Positions 39,008 to 48,889 of a stretch of DNA of 64,000 bases are shown here, one piece after another (the first letter of the stretch is position 1; each line of letters begins with the position of its first letter). The stretch is from contig JBPOGI010000001.1 of assembly GCA_051251855.1 (NCBI GenBank), positions 1-64,000 on the forward strand. The letters run 5' to 3'. The translations under genes and the position numbers were made by a program. The notes beneath the pieces are model-generated. The model was not told the origin of the DNA, searched no databases, and saw only the letters and a program-made list of their open reading frames with translations. This DNA comes from Roseibacillus sp. Lineage in GTDB: Bacteria > Verrucomicrobiota > Verrucomicrobiia > Verrucomicrobiales > Akkermansiaceae.

Positions 39008-40495
39008 TTAGGCGCGAGTGATGTCGAAGCTCTTGGCGTAGCCGAGAGGATCGTCTGGAGTGAACTCCTTGCCCATCACGCTGAAGCTGTCGTATGATGC
39101 CTTCTTGGGCTTGTGGCCGAGTTCGGTGATCATGTCTTCGCATTCGCCTTCGAGGTAAACCTGCTTGGCGATGGCATTGAAGTCGACGTCTCCCTTGATT
39201 TGGCCCCAACGAACCATCTGCGAGAGAATCCACTTAGCCATGGAGTTCCAAGGCATGGGGTCGAAATCGATGCGTTCTGGATCTTTCTTGATGCCGCCCA
39301 AACCATCGAGATAGGTCCCGGTGAGAACCTGCTCCAAGACGGTGACCGGCTGATTGAGGTAGTTTTTGGGAGCAATGGCTTTCGCAATTTCTTTGCGGTT
39401 CTCGGCCTTGGATGAGTAGTAAGTGGCGTCGACGATAGACTTAAAGAGGGCCTTGTAGGTATTGGGGTTGGCGGTAGCAAACTCTTGCGAAATCGCAAAG
39501 GCACAACAGGGGTGTCCGTCCCAAATCTCTTTGGTAAGCTTGAAGAGAAAGCCGCACTTTTCGTAGACTGCCCGCTGGTTGAAGGGGTCGGGGGCGAGGT
39601 AGCCGTCCACGTTGCCAGCCTTCAAGTTGGCGACCATTTCTGGTGGAGGAACGACGCGGATTTCGACATCCTTGTCGGGATCCACTCCACCTTCGGCGAG
39701 GTAGTAGCGCAACAGGTAGTTGTGCATGGAGTATTCGAAAGGCACGCAGAAGCGGAAGCCTTTCATATCCTGAGGACCTTTCACTCCTTTGTGCTTGTTC
39801 GCCAAGGTGATGGCTTGACCATTGATGTTCTCAATGGCGGGCATGAGATAGGGCACTTTGGCGGAGCCTGCTCCGAGAGAAATGGAGAGAGGCATTGGGC
39901 TCAGCATGTGAGCGGCATCCACTTCCTTGTTGATACCCCAATCGCGGACCATAGCCCATCCGGAGGCGCGGCGCACTTTGGCGTTGAGACCGTGCTTGGC
40001 GTAGAAGCCCATGGGCTCCGACATGATGATGGGAGTGGCGCAGGTGATGGGGATGAAACCGATAGAAAGGTCTTTCTTCTCGATTCCTTTCACGTCTTCG
40101 GCGGCCCACGCTTTGAAGCTGGCCATGGGGAAGGCTCCCGAGACGATCGCGGCAGCGGCGCCTTTACCAACACGTTCGATGAAGGCACGGCGAGCGATGT
40201 CGTTGGGGAAGATGGAGCGGATGACGGCTTCTTCGATCACGTTGTCGACCATGGACTCGTGGCTGTCTGCGACGGGGGCGGTGTTGACTTCAGTTTCGGC
40301 ACTGCAGTTGCAGGGGCCGGTATGATTGCAAGGCTTGGCGCTGTTGGCTGCCATTGCTTGGAACTCGGAGGAGGTGTGAGCCACAAAATCTTTCGCCGCA
40401 TCATCGAGAGGGGCTGCTGAATTGTGGGAATGCCCGGCACCGAGCTTGGTGTTGGGATCGTAAGGATCCTTCATGGTTGGAGGTGGTGTTTTCAT
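39008..40495 (-). CDS. Cyanate ABC transporter substrate-binding protein (CynA; CmpA/NrtA family)
   Basis: IGFIPITCATPII, HNYLLRYYLA, PPPEMVANL, DPFNQRA, WDGHPCC; internal Tat motif RRAFIE; linked to cynS. Confidence 0.88.
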   Translation of the reverse strand: MKTPPPTMKDPYDPNTKLGAGHSHNSAAPLDDAAKDFVAHTSSEFQAMAANSAKPCNHTGPCNCSAETEVNTAPVADSHESMVDNVIEEAVIRSIFPNDIARRAFIERVGKGAAAAIVSGAFPMASFKAWAAEDVKGIEKKDLSIGFIPITCATPIIMSEPMGFYAKHGLNAKVRRASGWAMVRDWGINKEVDAAHMLSPMPLSISLGAGSAKVPYLMPAIENINGQAITLANKHKGVKGPQDMKGFRFCVPFEYSMHNYLLRYYLAEGGVDPDKDVEIRVVPPPEMVANLKAGNVDGYLAPDPFNQRAVYEKCGFLFKLTKEIWDGHPCCAFAISQEFATANPNTYKALFKSIVDATYYSSKAENRKEIAKAIAPKNYLNQPVTVLEQVLTGTYLDGLGGIKKDPERIDFDPMPWNSMAKWILSQMVRWGQIKGDVDFNAIAKQVYLEGECEDMITELGHKPKKASYDSFSVMGKEFTPDDPLGYAKSFDITRA

Positions 40496-40519
40496 GATGT
40501 TAGTTGGAACGATTGGTGG

Positions 40520-41599
40520 TTAGTTTTGTAGGAGTGAGTGGTGGTGGGTGGTACGCAGGAGCTCGTCGAAAATGTCTTCTCGGAAGCAGCCGAGGATCTC
40601 TTCCTTAGAGGGGCGCAGTTGTTGCGCTTGGAGCTTGTGCAGAAACATTTCGTCCAGAACCCACTTTGCTTTTTGGAGGGAGGGGCGGTTGGCATCGAGG
40701 CGATGGAAGACGATGGCTTCCTCGGAGGATGTTTGCCGATTCATTCCCATTTGGAAGGGGCCTACGAGAGCGTTGCGAAGAGCTTCGACAGGGACATCGA
40801 CGTATTCAGGGCGAGCGAGGACGGTGGCGAGCCCTTCCCGGTTAGGCGCGTCGTCGCAATAGAGAGCAGAGTCAGTGAGCGCTTGTAGAAGGGCGAGGTG
40901 ACGTTCGGGAGATTCTTCGTGAAAAGCCTCGGTGACCATAAAGACTTTCTCGGGATGCATGGGAGAGAAATCGGAGGTGAGGGTGGCGCACCAGCCGACA
41001 TCTTTTAAGAGACCGACCGAGCTCCAAGGCTCTGCCACGCAGTAGCCGTCGAGGTAGCCATTCTTGAGGCAATCATGAACCTGAGGAGGAGCGACGATCG
41101 CAATGGAGACATCTTTACCCGGCTTAATCCCGTGGGAGAGGAGCCAGTGTCGGAGGAGGTAATTTTGAGAGGAATAGCGGAGCACCCCAGCGAAGGTGAA
41201 GCGTCGGTTGGGGTTATCTTGAATGACCTTGGCGAGGCTTTTGCCATCGCGGACTCCCATCTCCCATAACTCATTGGAAAGGGTGATGGCATTGCCATTG
41301 TGCGCGGTCATAAAAGCCGTGATGCAAGGGGTGACGGGGCCCCCGTAGCCGAAGGAAAGCTCCATCACCATGCTGGCGGGCGCTTGCGCGGCATCTAGCT
41401 CGCCATGGCTGATTTTTTCGCGAATAGTGGCCCAGCCGGGCTCGCGACAGAGCTGGACGGAGAGACCGTATTTCTCGAAAAGCCCTAACTCTTGGGCCAT
41501 TACGAGGGGTGCGCAGTCCGTCATGGGGACATACCCGATGCGCAATGGTCTCTCGTGAGACTTGGAGCCTTTGCTGCGGGACTGTGTCACAGAAATCAC
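40520..41599 (-). CDS. NasS-like cytoplasmic CmpA/NrtA-family anion sensor
   Basis: LRIGYVPMTDCAPLVMA, WATIREK, GNAITLS, DGYCVAEPW, HPEKV; no signal peptide. Confidence 0.75.
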   Translation of the reverse strand: MISVTQSRSKGSKSHERPLRIGYVPMTDCAPLVMAQELGLFEKYGLSVQLCREPGWATIREKISHGELDAAQAPASMVMELSFGYGGPVTPCITAFMTAHNGNAITLSNELWEMGVRDGKSLAKVIQDNPNRRFTFAGVLRYSSQNYLLRHWLLSHGIKPGKDVSIAIVAPPQVHDCLKNGYLDGYCVAEPWSSVGLLKDVGWCATLTSDFSPMHPEKVFMVTEAFHEESPERHLALLQALTDSALYCDDAPNREGLATVLARPEYVDVPVEALRNALVGPFQMGMNRQTSSEEAIVFHRLDANRPSLQKAKWVLDEMFLHKLQAQQLRPSKEEILGCFREDIFDELLRTTHHHSLLQN

Positions 41600-41610
41600 T
41601 ACCTCTCATC

Positions 41611-41626
41611 AGCACCACCGGTGCCA
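41611..41626 (-). promoter_or_regulatory. Putative sigma54 (-24/-12) promoter for the cyn operon
   Basis: Minus strand TGGCACcggtgGTGCT, GG-N10-GC spacing. Confidence 0.5.
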
Positions 41627-41659
41627 TTGCCTATTTTGTGAGAACAAACAGAAGGAAAT

Positions 41660-41697
41660 AAATTCATTCTGTACAGTGAATTTTATTCACCATGAAT
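41660..41697. promoter_or_regulatory. Putative LysR-type binding region
   Basis: Overlapping dyads aaattca..tgaattt and gTGAAttttaTTCAc (T-N11-A) between the divergent genes. Confidence 0.45.
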
Positions 41698-41753
41698 CCC
41701 TTTAAAACAAAGGATGTTCAATATAGCTTCTAGGTTGTCCCATCCCATCCACT

Positions 41754-42668
41754 ATGAACGAATCCATTGATACCCGAAAGCTGCGGATGTTTGTAGCGAC
41801 TGTTCGGGAGGGGAGTATGCGCAAGGCGAGTGCGGCGCTCTTTGTGACTCCTTCCGCACTGAGTCATGGTATACGCTCTTTGGAGGAGGGGTTGAATCTC
41901 TCGCTTTTTGATCGGAATGGACCCGTGATTACGCCGACTCGGGTGGGGCGGGAACTTTTTAAGGAAGCCTCGGATATTCTTTCGCGCTTGGATCAGGTGG
42001 CGGCAGGGCTCACTCCTGATGTCGACGATACGAATCGGCAACTTCATATCGGGACCACGAACACGGGTTGTAGTTATCTCTTTCCTGGGATTGTGAGGGA
42101 GTTTCGGGAGAGCTTTCCGAATGTGGGTTTGAAGTTGGAGATTGGGGACACCGATTTTTTAATCAACCGGGTAAACGAGCGGAATCTCGACATTATCATT
42201 GCCCCTATTCAACGGGATTATCGAGACTTACATCAGATTAAGTTGGGGCACGATGAGTTGGTTTACATCGTTCATCCTTCTCATGCGTGGGCGCAGGCGG
42301 GGCAGGTGCAGCAGGAGACCTTGGGTGACCAACAACTCATTATTCCAGATGTACAATCGAATACCTACCATCTCATTGACGCGTTCTACCGTGAGATGCG
42401 GGTGCCTTTGGAGCCTTTCATTGAGCTGAACAACGAGGGTGCAATTAAGCAGCTCGTGTCTCTCAATATTGGGACAGGGATTGTGCCGAAGTGGATTGCG
42501 CGGGATGAGATTGAGCAGGGGCGTCTTTGCGCTTTTCCCCTGAGTGAGCGTTCGTTGCTGCGGCGGTGGACGGTTTCGTATCGTGCGGGAGTGGATCTGA
42601 GTTTTGCGGAATTTCTCTTTGTAGGTACGACAAAAGCAGTAGCAAAGAACCTCATTAGCATTACTTGA
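41754..42668 (+). CDS. LysR-family transcriptional regulator
   Basis: N-terminal HTH GSMRKASAALFVTPSALSHGIRSLEE..LFDR. Confidence 0.93.
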   Translation: MNESIDTRKLRMFVATVREGSMRKASAALFVTPSALSHGIRSLEEGLNLSLFDRNGPVITPTRVGRELFKEASDILSRLDQVAAGLTPDVDDTNRQLHIGTTNTGCSYLFPGIVREFRESFPNVGLKLEIGDTDFLINRVNERNLDIIIAPIQRDYRDLHQIKLGHDELVYIVHPSHAWAQAGQVQQETLGDQQLIIPDVQSNTYHLIDAFYREMRVPLEPFIELNNEGAIKQLVSLNIGTGIVPKWIARDEIEQGRLCAFPLSERSLLRRWTVSYRAGVDLSFAEFLFVGTTKAVAKNLISIT

Positions 42669-42784
42669 GGAGGGGGTGTTTCAATGTGAGGTCACTATCG
42701 TGCGGGGACTTTGGCCAAGAATCTGCTTCTTAGGTAGATGCGTTTGCTTGCTATCTCTTCGCAAACTTCAAAGAATCCAGAGAC

Positions 42785-43261
42785 ATGACTGAAATCACAC
42801 CCCGCCCGCCGTTCCCGCCTTTCACCGAAGAAACTGCCGCCCAAAAAGTGCAAATGGCTGAAAATGGTTGGAATGGGCGCGACCCTGAGAAGGTGGCGAT
42901 GGCATATACTCCGGATAGCGTGTGGCGCAATCGTTCCGAGTTCCTTCATGGCCGTGCCGAGATCATGGCCTTTCTCGAAAAGAAATGGGCGACCGAGACG
43001 GATTATCGTCTCATCAAGGAACTTTGGGCTTACACTGGAAATCGCATTGCGGTTCGTTTCGCCTACGAGTGGCATGATGAAGCGGGGCAGTGGTATCGCT
43101 CCTATGGTAATGAGAATTGGGAGTTTGATGAAAATGGTCTCATGGCACGCCGCATTGCTTCCATCAACGATTTAGAAATTGAGGAGTCGGAGCGAAAGTT
43201 CCATTGGGAGCACGGCCCGCGGCCCGCAGACCATCCCGGGCTCTCTGAGCTGGGGTTGTAG
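42785..43261 (+). CDS. DUF1348 / SnoaL-like (NTF2 family) protein
   Basis: [44 protein letters not shown]. Confidence 0.88.
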   Translation: MTEITPRPPFPPFTEETAAQKVQMAENGWNGRDPEKVAMAYTPDSVWRNRSEFLHGRAEIMAFLEKKWATETDYRLIKELWAYTGNRIAVRFAYEWHDEAGQWYRSYGNENWEFDENGLMARRIASINDLEIEESERKFHWEHGPRPADHPGLSELGL

Positions 43262-43352
43262 CGAAAGGCTCGATTTCTACGCGACGATTTGAGCCCGAAT
43301 GCTTTGCTCCTTGGCTTGACGAAATTGGGAGGGTGGGGGATTCTTCCGCTTT

Positions 43353-45056
43353 ATGAGCGACAAGGACAAGAGAAAGTATTCTTCGCAGGTTTTGGACGGA
43401 GCGGATCGCGCACCTTCACGGGCGATGCTGTATCCGGTAGGTTTTACGAAGGACGATTTCACGAAGCCTAAGATCGGGGTCGCTTCGACTTGGAGCCAGG
43501 TGACGCCTTGTAATTTTCACATTGATAAATTGGCGAAGGAGTCGGCCAAGGGGGTCGATGCAGCGGGCGGAAAGTCGGTGGTCTTTAATACCATTACGAT
43601 TTCGGATGGTATTTCGATGGGCACGGAGGGAATGAAATACTCGCTTGTGAGCCGCGAGGTGATTGCTGATTCCATTGAGACCGTGGTGGGTTGTGAGGGC
43701 ATGGACGGCTATGTGGCCATCGGGGGATGCGATAAGAATATGCCCGGTTGCGTGATGGCGATGGCGCGTATGAACCGCTCTTCGGTGTTTGTCTATGGCG
43801 GCACCATTTTGCCGGGTTGCACTTCGATTAAAGGGGAGGAGAAGGAACTCGATATTGTCTCAGTCTTCGAGGCGGTAGGGAAGCATGCGAGTGGTGAGTT
43901 CTCTGATGAGGAGTTGCAGGCAGTGGAGGAGAATGCGATTCCCGGCGCGGGTTCTTGTGGTGGTATGTATACCGCGAATACGATGGCGAGTGCGATTGAG
44001 GCGCTGGGAATGAGTCTTCCTAACAGCTCGGCACAAGCGGCGATTAGCGATGATAAGATGCGCGATTCGTTCGATGCAGGTGCGGCGGTGTTGAATCTTT
44101 TGGAGAAAGGTATCAAGCCGCGCGATATCATGACTCGGAAGGCTTTCGAGAATGCGATCACGGTGGTGATTGCATTGGGTGGTTCGACGAACGCGGTGCT
44201 GCACCTCTTGGCGATGGCTCATGCCGCGGAGGTGGAGTTGCACATCGATGACTTTACTGAGATTGGTAAGCGGGTGCCGGTGATTGCGGACCTGAAACCT
44301 TCGGGCAAATACGTGATGGCGGAGCTGGTGAAGATTGGTGGAACCATTCCGTTGATGAAGATGTTGTTAGAAGCGGGCCTGCTTCATGGTGACTGCATGA
44401 CGGTGACGGGGAAGACGGTGGCGGAGAATTTGGCGAATTCGCCTTTAGTTTATCCAGAAGGGCAAGACGTGGTGCGTCCATTGAGTAATCCGATTAAGAA
44501 GGATAGTCACTTGCGTATTCTTTATGGAAACCTCGCTCCGGGTGGAGCAGTTGCTAAGATCTCGGGTAAGGAAGGGAACTCTTTTACTGGGCGCGCACGG
44601 GTCTTTGATTGCGAAGAGGATGCTATGACCGCGATTTTGGATGGTTCCATTGTGGCTGGCGATGTTGTTGTGATTCGTCGTGAAGGACCGAAGGGCGGTC
44701 CTGGAATGCGTGAGATGCTGGGGCCGACTGCTGCTGTAATGGGGCGTGGTTTAGGCGATAGCGTGGCCTTGATTACCGATGGTCGTTTTTCAGGTGGTAG
44801 TCACGGTTTTGTCGCCGGGCACATTACGCCGGAAGCTTATGACGGGGGACCGATTGGTCTTCTTGAAGAAGGAGATGAAATCACAATCGATGCGGAGAGT
44901 AATCGTATTGATATGAAAGTCTCCGAGGAGGAAATGGCAGCGCGCAAAGCGAAGTGGGTGAAGCCTGAGCCTCGCTATCGTCGTGGCGTCTTGGCCAAGT
45001 TTGCAAAGCTGACCGCGACGGCGAGTGAAGGGGCAGTCACTGACGGGGGGCTATAG
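43353..45056 (+). CDS. ilvD: Dihydroxy-acid dehydratase
   Basis: [50 protein letters not shown]. Confidence 0.97.
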   Translation: MSDKDKRKYSSQVLDGADRAPSRAMLYPVGFTKDDFTKPKIGVASTWSQVTPCNFHIDKLAKESAKGVDAAGGKSVVFNTITISDGISMGTEGMKYSLVSREVIADSIETVVGCEGMDGYVAIGGCDKNMPGCVMAMARMNRSSVFVYGGTILPGCTSIKGEEKELDIVSVFEAVGKHASGEFSDEELQAVEENAIPGAGSCGGMYTANTMASAIEALGMSLPNSSAQAAISDDKMRDSFDAGAAVLNLLEKGIKPRDIMTRKAFENAITVVIALGGSTNAVLHLLAMAHAAEVELHIDDFTEIGKRVPVIADLKPSGKYVMAELVKIGGTIPLMKMLLEAGLLHGDCMTVTGKTVAENLANSPLVYPEGQDVVRPLSNPIKKDSHLRILYGNLAPGGAVAKISGKEGNSFTGRARVFDCEEDAMTAILDGSIVAGDVVVIRREGPKGGPGMREMLGPTAAVMGRGLGDSVALITDGRFSGGSHGFVAGHITPEAYDGGPIGLLEEGDEITIDAESNRIDMKVSEEEMAARKAKWVKPEPRYRRGVLAKFAKLTATASEGAVTDGGL

Positions 45057-45227
45057 CCGAGGCATCTCGCAGCAGTCCGTTCCTGCTGCTTCTATCAGTA
45101 AGGTCTGGGTTGGACTTGCCGCAAGAAGCGCCAGCTTCGTGCCGTTGCTTTGGGGCGAGCTGAAGCTCACGGTCTGTCCGAATTGGAACAGGGTGGAGTG
45201 GTTTTCACAGCTCGCTCAACTCGTTCC

Positions 45228-45845
45228 TCACTTGAAAAGACCTGGGGCAGGTCTGGGAGAGGCTTTTTTGCTTTCGCGAGGAGGTCGGGGGCGCTGTTCA
45301 GATTCTGAAGAACAGGAATCTGATTGAAGCTGGGAAACTTCTGATTCTAACTGGCTGATTTCGTTTCGAAGGGCGGTCAGTTGTTGAGAGGCTGCGAGTT
45401 CCTTTTTTGCAGCTTCTTGTTGGAGACGGAGTGTTTTCATTTTTGCCAAATGATTTTCCAGATTTCGAAGTTTGGTCGCTGTTTTCTCGGCCTCGTCGTC
45501 CTGCTTGAGTGCGGTGTAGGCCGCAAAGTTATGCCGCAATAATGCGAGGTTGGCCTCTGTTTGAAAGTGGCCGGCACGAATGGATGCGATGAACTGTCTT
45601 CGCTGTGTGACCAACGTGCGCCATCTCGCTTGTTTCTCGGGATGAAGACCGCTGGGCTTCTTGGGAAGTGATTTGCGGCTGAGTTGGTTCACCCAATAGT
45701 TCCGAACTTCTTCAAGGGTGAGGATACGAGTTGAGGTTGGGATTTTGGGGAGCTTTCGGCTCTGTGACGGGGAGTAGACCTGTCCTGAAGAACTGCTTAT
45801 CACGAAGAAGTAGAGGAGAAGAGAGTGAGTCAGAAAGCGAGTCAT
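45228..45845 (-). CDS. Hypothetical secreted coiled-coil protein
   Basis: Signal-like N-terminus; heptad-rich C-terminal half. Confidence 0.6.
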   Translation of the reverse strand: MTRFLTHSLLLYFFVISSSSGQVYSPSQSRKLPKIPTSTRILTLEEVRNYWVNQLSRKSLPKKPSGLHPEKQARWRTLVTQRRQFIASIRAGHFQTEANLALLRHNFAAYTALKQDDEAEKTATKLRNLENHLAKMKTLRLQQEAAKKELAASQQLTALRNEISQLESEVSQLQSDSCSSESEQRPRPPRESKKASPRPAPGLFK

Positions 45846-45877
45846 GGGGCTTAGACGGGGAGGAAGTGTCTCTATTC

Positions 45878-45911
45878 AAAAAAGCCTCGACCGTTCTGGT
45901 CGAGGGTTTTT
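45878..45911 (-). terminator. Rho-independent terminator downstream of metY
   Basis: A6-gcctcgacc/ggtcgaggg-T5 hairpin. Confidence 0.65.
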
Positions 45912-46017
45912 GATATTCTTGTAGCTGGGTTGGTGACAACGCAGGCGGGGTAAGCCTTCGTCGCGGTCAATTCAGCCCGAATTGTCACCAATTCGGCTAC
46001 GTTGTGCGAAGAATCTA

Positions 46018-47307
46018 CTAAGCTGTCGCAGTTGCGAGGCCTTGGTCGATGTCGGCGAGGATGTCGTCGATGTGTTCGATGCCGACGCTGAGGCGAATAA
46101 GCTCGGGGGCGATGCCGCCTTCGAGTTGTTGCTCGGCGTTGAGTTGGCTGTGCGTGGTAGTGGCGGGGTGAATGGCCAAGGACTTGGCATCACCAACGTT
46201 GGCCACGTGGGAGTGGAGTTGGACAGACTCGATGAACTTTTTACCGGCTTCGGCTCCGCCTTTGATGCCGAAGACGACCATGGGTCCTCCTTTGCCTCCG
46301 AGGTATTGTTCGTTTTTGGCGAATTGGGAGTCGCCTTCGAGACCTGGGAAACGCACCCAGTCGACAAGGTCGTGGGAGGCGAGGTGTTTCGCGACGGCAG
46401 CGGCATTTTCGCAATGGCGCTCCATGCGGAGAGTGAGGGTCTCGATGCCTTGCAGAAACATCCAAGCGTTGTCGGGTGAGAGACAGGCTCCGAGGTTACG
46501 CATGGGGACGGTGCGCATGCGCAGGATGAAGGCGAGAGGGGCGAGCATGTCGGGGAGGTCATGGCCCCAACGGAGTCCGTGGTAGGAGGTGTCAGGCTCG
46601 TCGTAGAGGGGGTGCTTTCCGCCAGCCCAGTTGAACTTGCCGGAGTCGACGACGATTCCACCGATGCCGGTACCGTGTCCGCCCATCCATTTGGTGAGGG
46701 AGTGAATCACGATGTCAGCGCCGTGTTCGAGAGGACGCATCAAAGCGGGAGTAGTGAAGGTGCTATCGACAACGAGGGGAACGCCGATAGCGTGTGCTGC
46801 GTCGGCGATGGCTTGCATGTCGGCGACTTCGAGGGCGGGGTTAGATACAGTCTCGGTGAAGAAGGCGCGTGTCTTGTCGTCGGCTGCGGCCGAGAAGTTT
46901 GCGGGGTCGTTGGAGTCGACGAGGCGGACTTCGATGCCAAGCTTGGGGAGGATGTCCTTAAACTGGGTGTAGCTGCCGCCGTAGAGATTACGGGCGGAGA
47001 CGATGTTGTCACCGGCTTCGGCGAGGTTGATAATGGTGTTGAAAATAGCGGCGGTGCCAGAGGCGTGGGCGAGGCCTCCCATCTCGGGAGCGCCTTCGAG
47101 GAGGCAGACGCGCTTTTCCAAGACGTCATTGGTGGGGTTCATCAAGCGGGTGTAGATGTTACCTAGCTCCTTGAGTGCGAAAAGGTTGGCTGCGTGCTCG
47201 GTGGATTTGAAGGTGAAGGCTGAGGTCCGGTAGATGGGAACGCCGCGGGATCCAGTGTCGGAGTCGGGAGTGTGGCCGCCGTGAAGGCAGATGGTGTCTA
47301 ATTTCAT
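46018..47307 (-). CDS. metY: O-acetylhomoserine aminocarboxypropyltransferase / sulfhydrylase
   Basis: GNIYTRLMNPT, PLP lysine in HSLTKWMGGHG, ANVGDAKSLAIHPATTTHSQL. Confidence 0.93.
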   Translation of the reverse strand: MKLDTICLHGGHTPDSDTGSRGVPIYRTSAFTFKSTEHAANLFALKELGNIYTRLMNPTNDVLEKRVCLLEGAPEMGGLAHASGTAAIFNTIINLAEAGDNIVSARNLYGGSYTQFKDILPKLGIEVRLVDSNDPANFSAAADDKTRAFFTETVSNPALEVADMQAIADAAHAIGVPLVVDSTFTTPALMRPLEHGADIVIHSLTKWMGGHGTGIGGIVVDSGKFNWAGGKHPLYDEPDTSYHGLRWGHDLPDMLAPLAFILRMRTVPMRNLGACLSPDNAWMFLQGIETLTLRMERHCENAAAVAKHLASHDLVDWVRFPGLEGDSQFAKNEQYLGGKGGPMVVFGIKGGAEAGKKFIESVQLHSHVANVGDAKSLAIHPATTTHSQLNAEQQLEGGIAPELIRLSVGIEHIDDILADIDQGLATATA

Positions 47308-47368
47308 GCTCCAGAGATTTGAACCACGAAGGGCGCGAAGAGCACGAAGATTTTACAAAAAAATGGGC

Positions 47369-48826
47369 TTAGCTCCGAAGGAAATGGAAGCTTTCGGGGG
47401 AAAGGTATTGCTCGAGGACATTGGCCTTGGGGAGCCAAGTGGGGGCTTTCGGGGGGGCTACGAGAGCTGTTTGGTAGAGGGCTGTGAGGCTTTCTTGAGA
47501 TGCGCTCAACGTGTAGGGCTTGAGCTGACTCGGTGCGGAGGTGGGCTTATCTTGAGAAAGGACAAATTGCAGCCACATCCGGATTGGGTGCAGGTAGTTG
47601 GCGTGGTCGTTGAGGACGTCGGAGATGATTTTTTCTTGGAAAGGTTCAGGGAGGGCTCCGAAGTCGACAATCTTATCTTCGGTGAGTTGTTGCCAAGCTG
47701 ATTCGAAGTGAGCTTCTTCGAAGGGGGTGTTGTATTGGGAGTAGGTAGCGATCAGCTGTTCGTGGAGATGTTTGCGCAGTGCTTGTTGGTCGACTTGGTA
47801 AAGGGGGATGGGGATGCTGTGATAGAGGCGTCCGGGACTGATGTTGTTCTGGCGAAAGTCGTCGGTGATGTCGGGCAGGTCGCGACCGATGAGGGGCTTG
47901 CCGTGGAGAATGGGTTCGAGGAAGGCGAGGCCAAAGCCTTCCGCGATGGAGGTGGTGATGAGGTGAGTGGAGTGGGTGAGCCAGCTTTGGTAGTCGTTGG
48001 GGGCTCCTTTGAAGGGGGAGATTTCGCCGGTGACGTTGAAGAGCACAGGGAGTTTGTGCTCGCTCGCGAAGTCTTGCCATCGCTGGTAGATGCTCTGCCA
48101 TTGTGGATTCTCGGGAGCCAAAGGGAGGGCGAACCGGGTATCGGGGGGGGCGAGCGCGGAGAGAAGAAGGATTTCTCCAAGATTTTTGCGGCGAATACCG
48201 CGAACGGGGTAGAAGACGGTCTTTTGCTCGCTGGAAGAGGGGGGAGCTGCTTCGTTTGGAGGAGCAACGACGGCGTTGGGAAGAAGGTGAGTTTGTGTTG
48301 CAGGGATTCCGGCTTCTTCTAAGCGAGACTGGTCGCGGCTGTTGATGAAGGCGTAATGAATCTGAGGAGCAAGGGGGTAGATGTGTTCACCTGTGAGGAG
48401 GGGATAGTTAGAGGGGCGATTGTCTTCGGCAAAGTCGTGGGTCTGAAGAATGAGAGGAGTTTGGCTTTCGGCAATATCTTGGATGAGTTGGGGAAAGAGA
48501 ATGTTTTTGCCGAGAGTTGGATTGTGGAGGTGCCAGAGGTCGGGCTCGGAGCCGTATCGCTCGACGAAGTGGTCGAGGAGGGTTTGATAGAGTCTGTTAG
48601 GTATTGCAGGGGCTTGTGCGAGGTAGTCGAGTTGGGGAACGAGAGCGTGCGGGATGCCCTCTGGTTCGGGACCAGCGGAGAGGACGAGGTGTTCGATTCC
48701 TTGTTGAGTGAGAGCTGCAGATTGATTGGCCACCACTTTGGTCACACCTCCCGTGCGAAGGTGATAGTGAACAAGGGCGACTTTCAAGACGGCTATTGAT
48801 ACCGTAGATGGCGGGGACTGCAACAT
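47369..48826 (-). CDS. GT-B glycosyltransferase (GT4-like)
   Basis: HYHLRTGGVTKV, HDFAED, VRGIRRKN, TSIAEGFGLAFLEP; true start may be slightly downstream. Confidence 0.75.
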   Translation of the reverse strand: MLQSPPSTVSIAVLKVALVHYHLRTGGVTKVVANQSAALTQQGIEHLVLSAGPEPEGIPHALVPQLDYLAQAPAIPNRLYQTLLDHFVERYGSEPDLWHLHNPTLGKNILFPQLIQDIAESQTPLILQTHDFAEDNRPSNYPLLTGEHIYPLAPQIHYAFINSRDQSRLEEAGIPATQTHLLPNAVVAPPNEAAPPSSSEQKTVFYPVRGIRRKNLGEILLLSALAPPDTRFALPLAPENPQWQSIYQRWQDFASEHKLPVLFNVTGEISPFKGAPNDYQSWLTHSTHLITTSIAEGFGLAFLEPILHGKPLIGRDLPDITDDFRQNNISPGRLYHSIPIPLYQVDQQALRKHLHEQLIATYSQYNTPFEEAHFESAWQQLTEDKIVDFGALPEPFQEKIISDVLNDHANYLHPIRMWLQFVLSQDKPTSAPSQLKPYTLSASQESLTALYQTALVAPPKAPTWLPKANVLEQYLSPESFHFLRS

Positions 48827-48889
48827 AAGCTATCGAGACTGGCGCAGGTGGTTCTTTCCATGGGAGCTGAATATTGATTGAATCGATGG

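Noticed and set aside
41676..41690. Second Rex-like site (gtgaattttattcac)
   Set aside because: Spacer is 5 nt rather than 4 and the flanking TT/AA is missing; it fits a LysR T-N11-A box better.
45057..45227. Possible ncRNA between ilvD and the convergent hypothetical gene
   Set aside because: Only short hairpins (gcagcag/ctgctgc, gcgagctg/cagctcgc); no recognisable family and no second copy in the window.
47308..47368. SAM riboswitch upstream of metY
   Set aside because: The spacer is only 61 bp, is occupied by a short repeat and has no SAM riboswitch core motifs.
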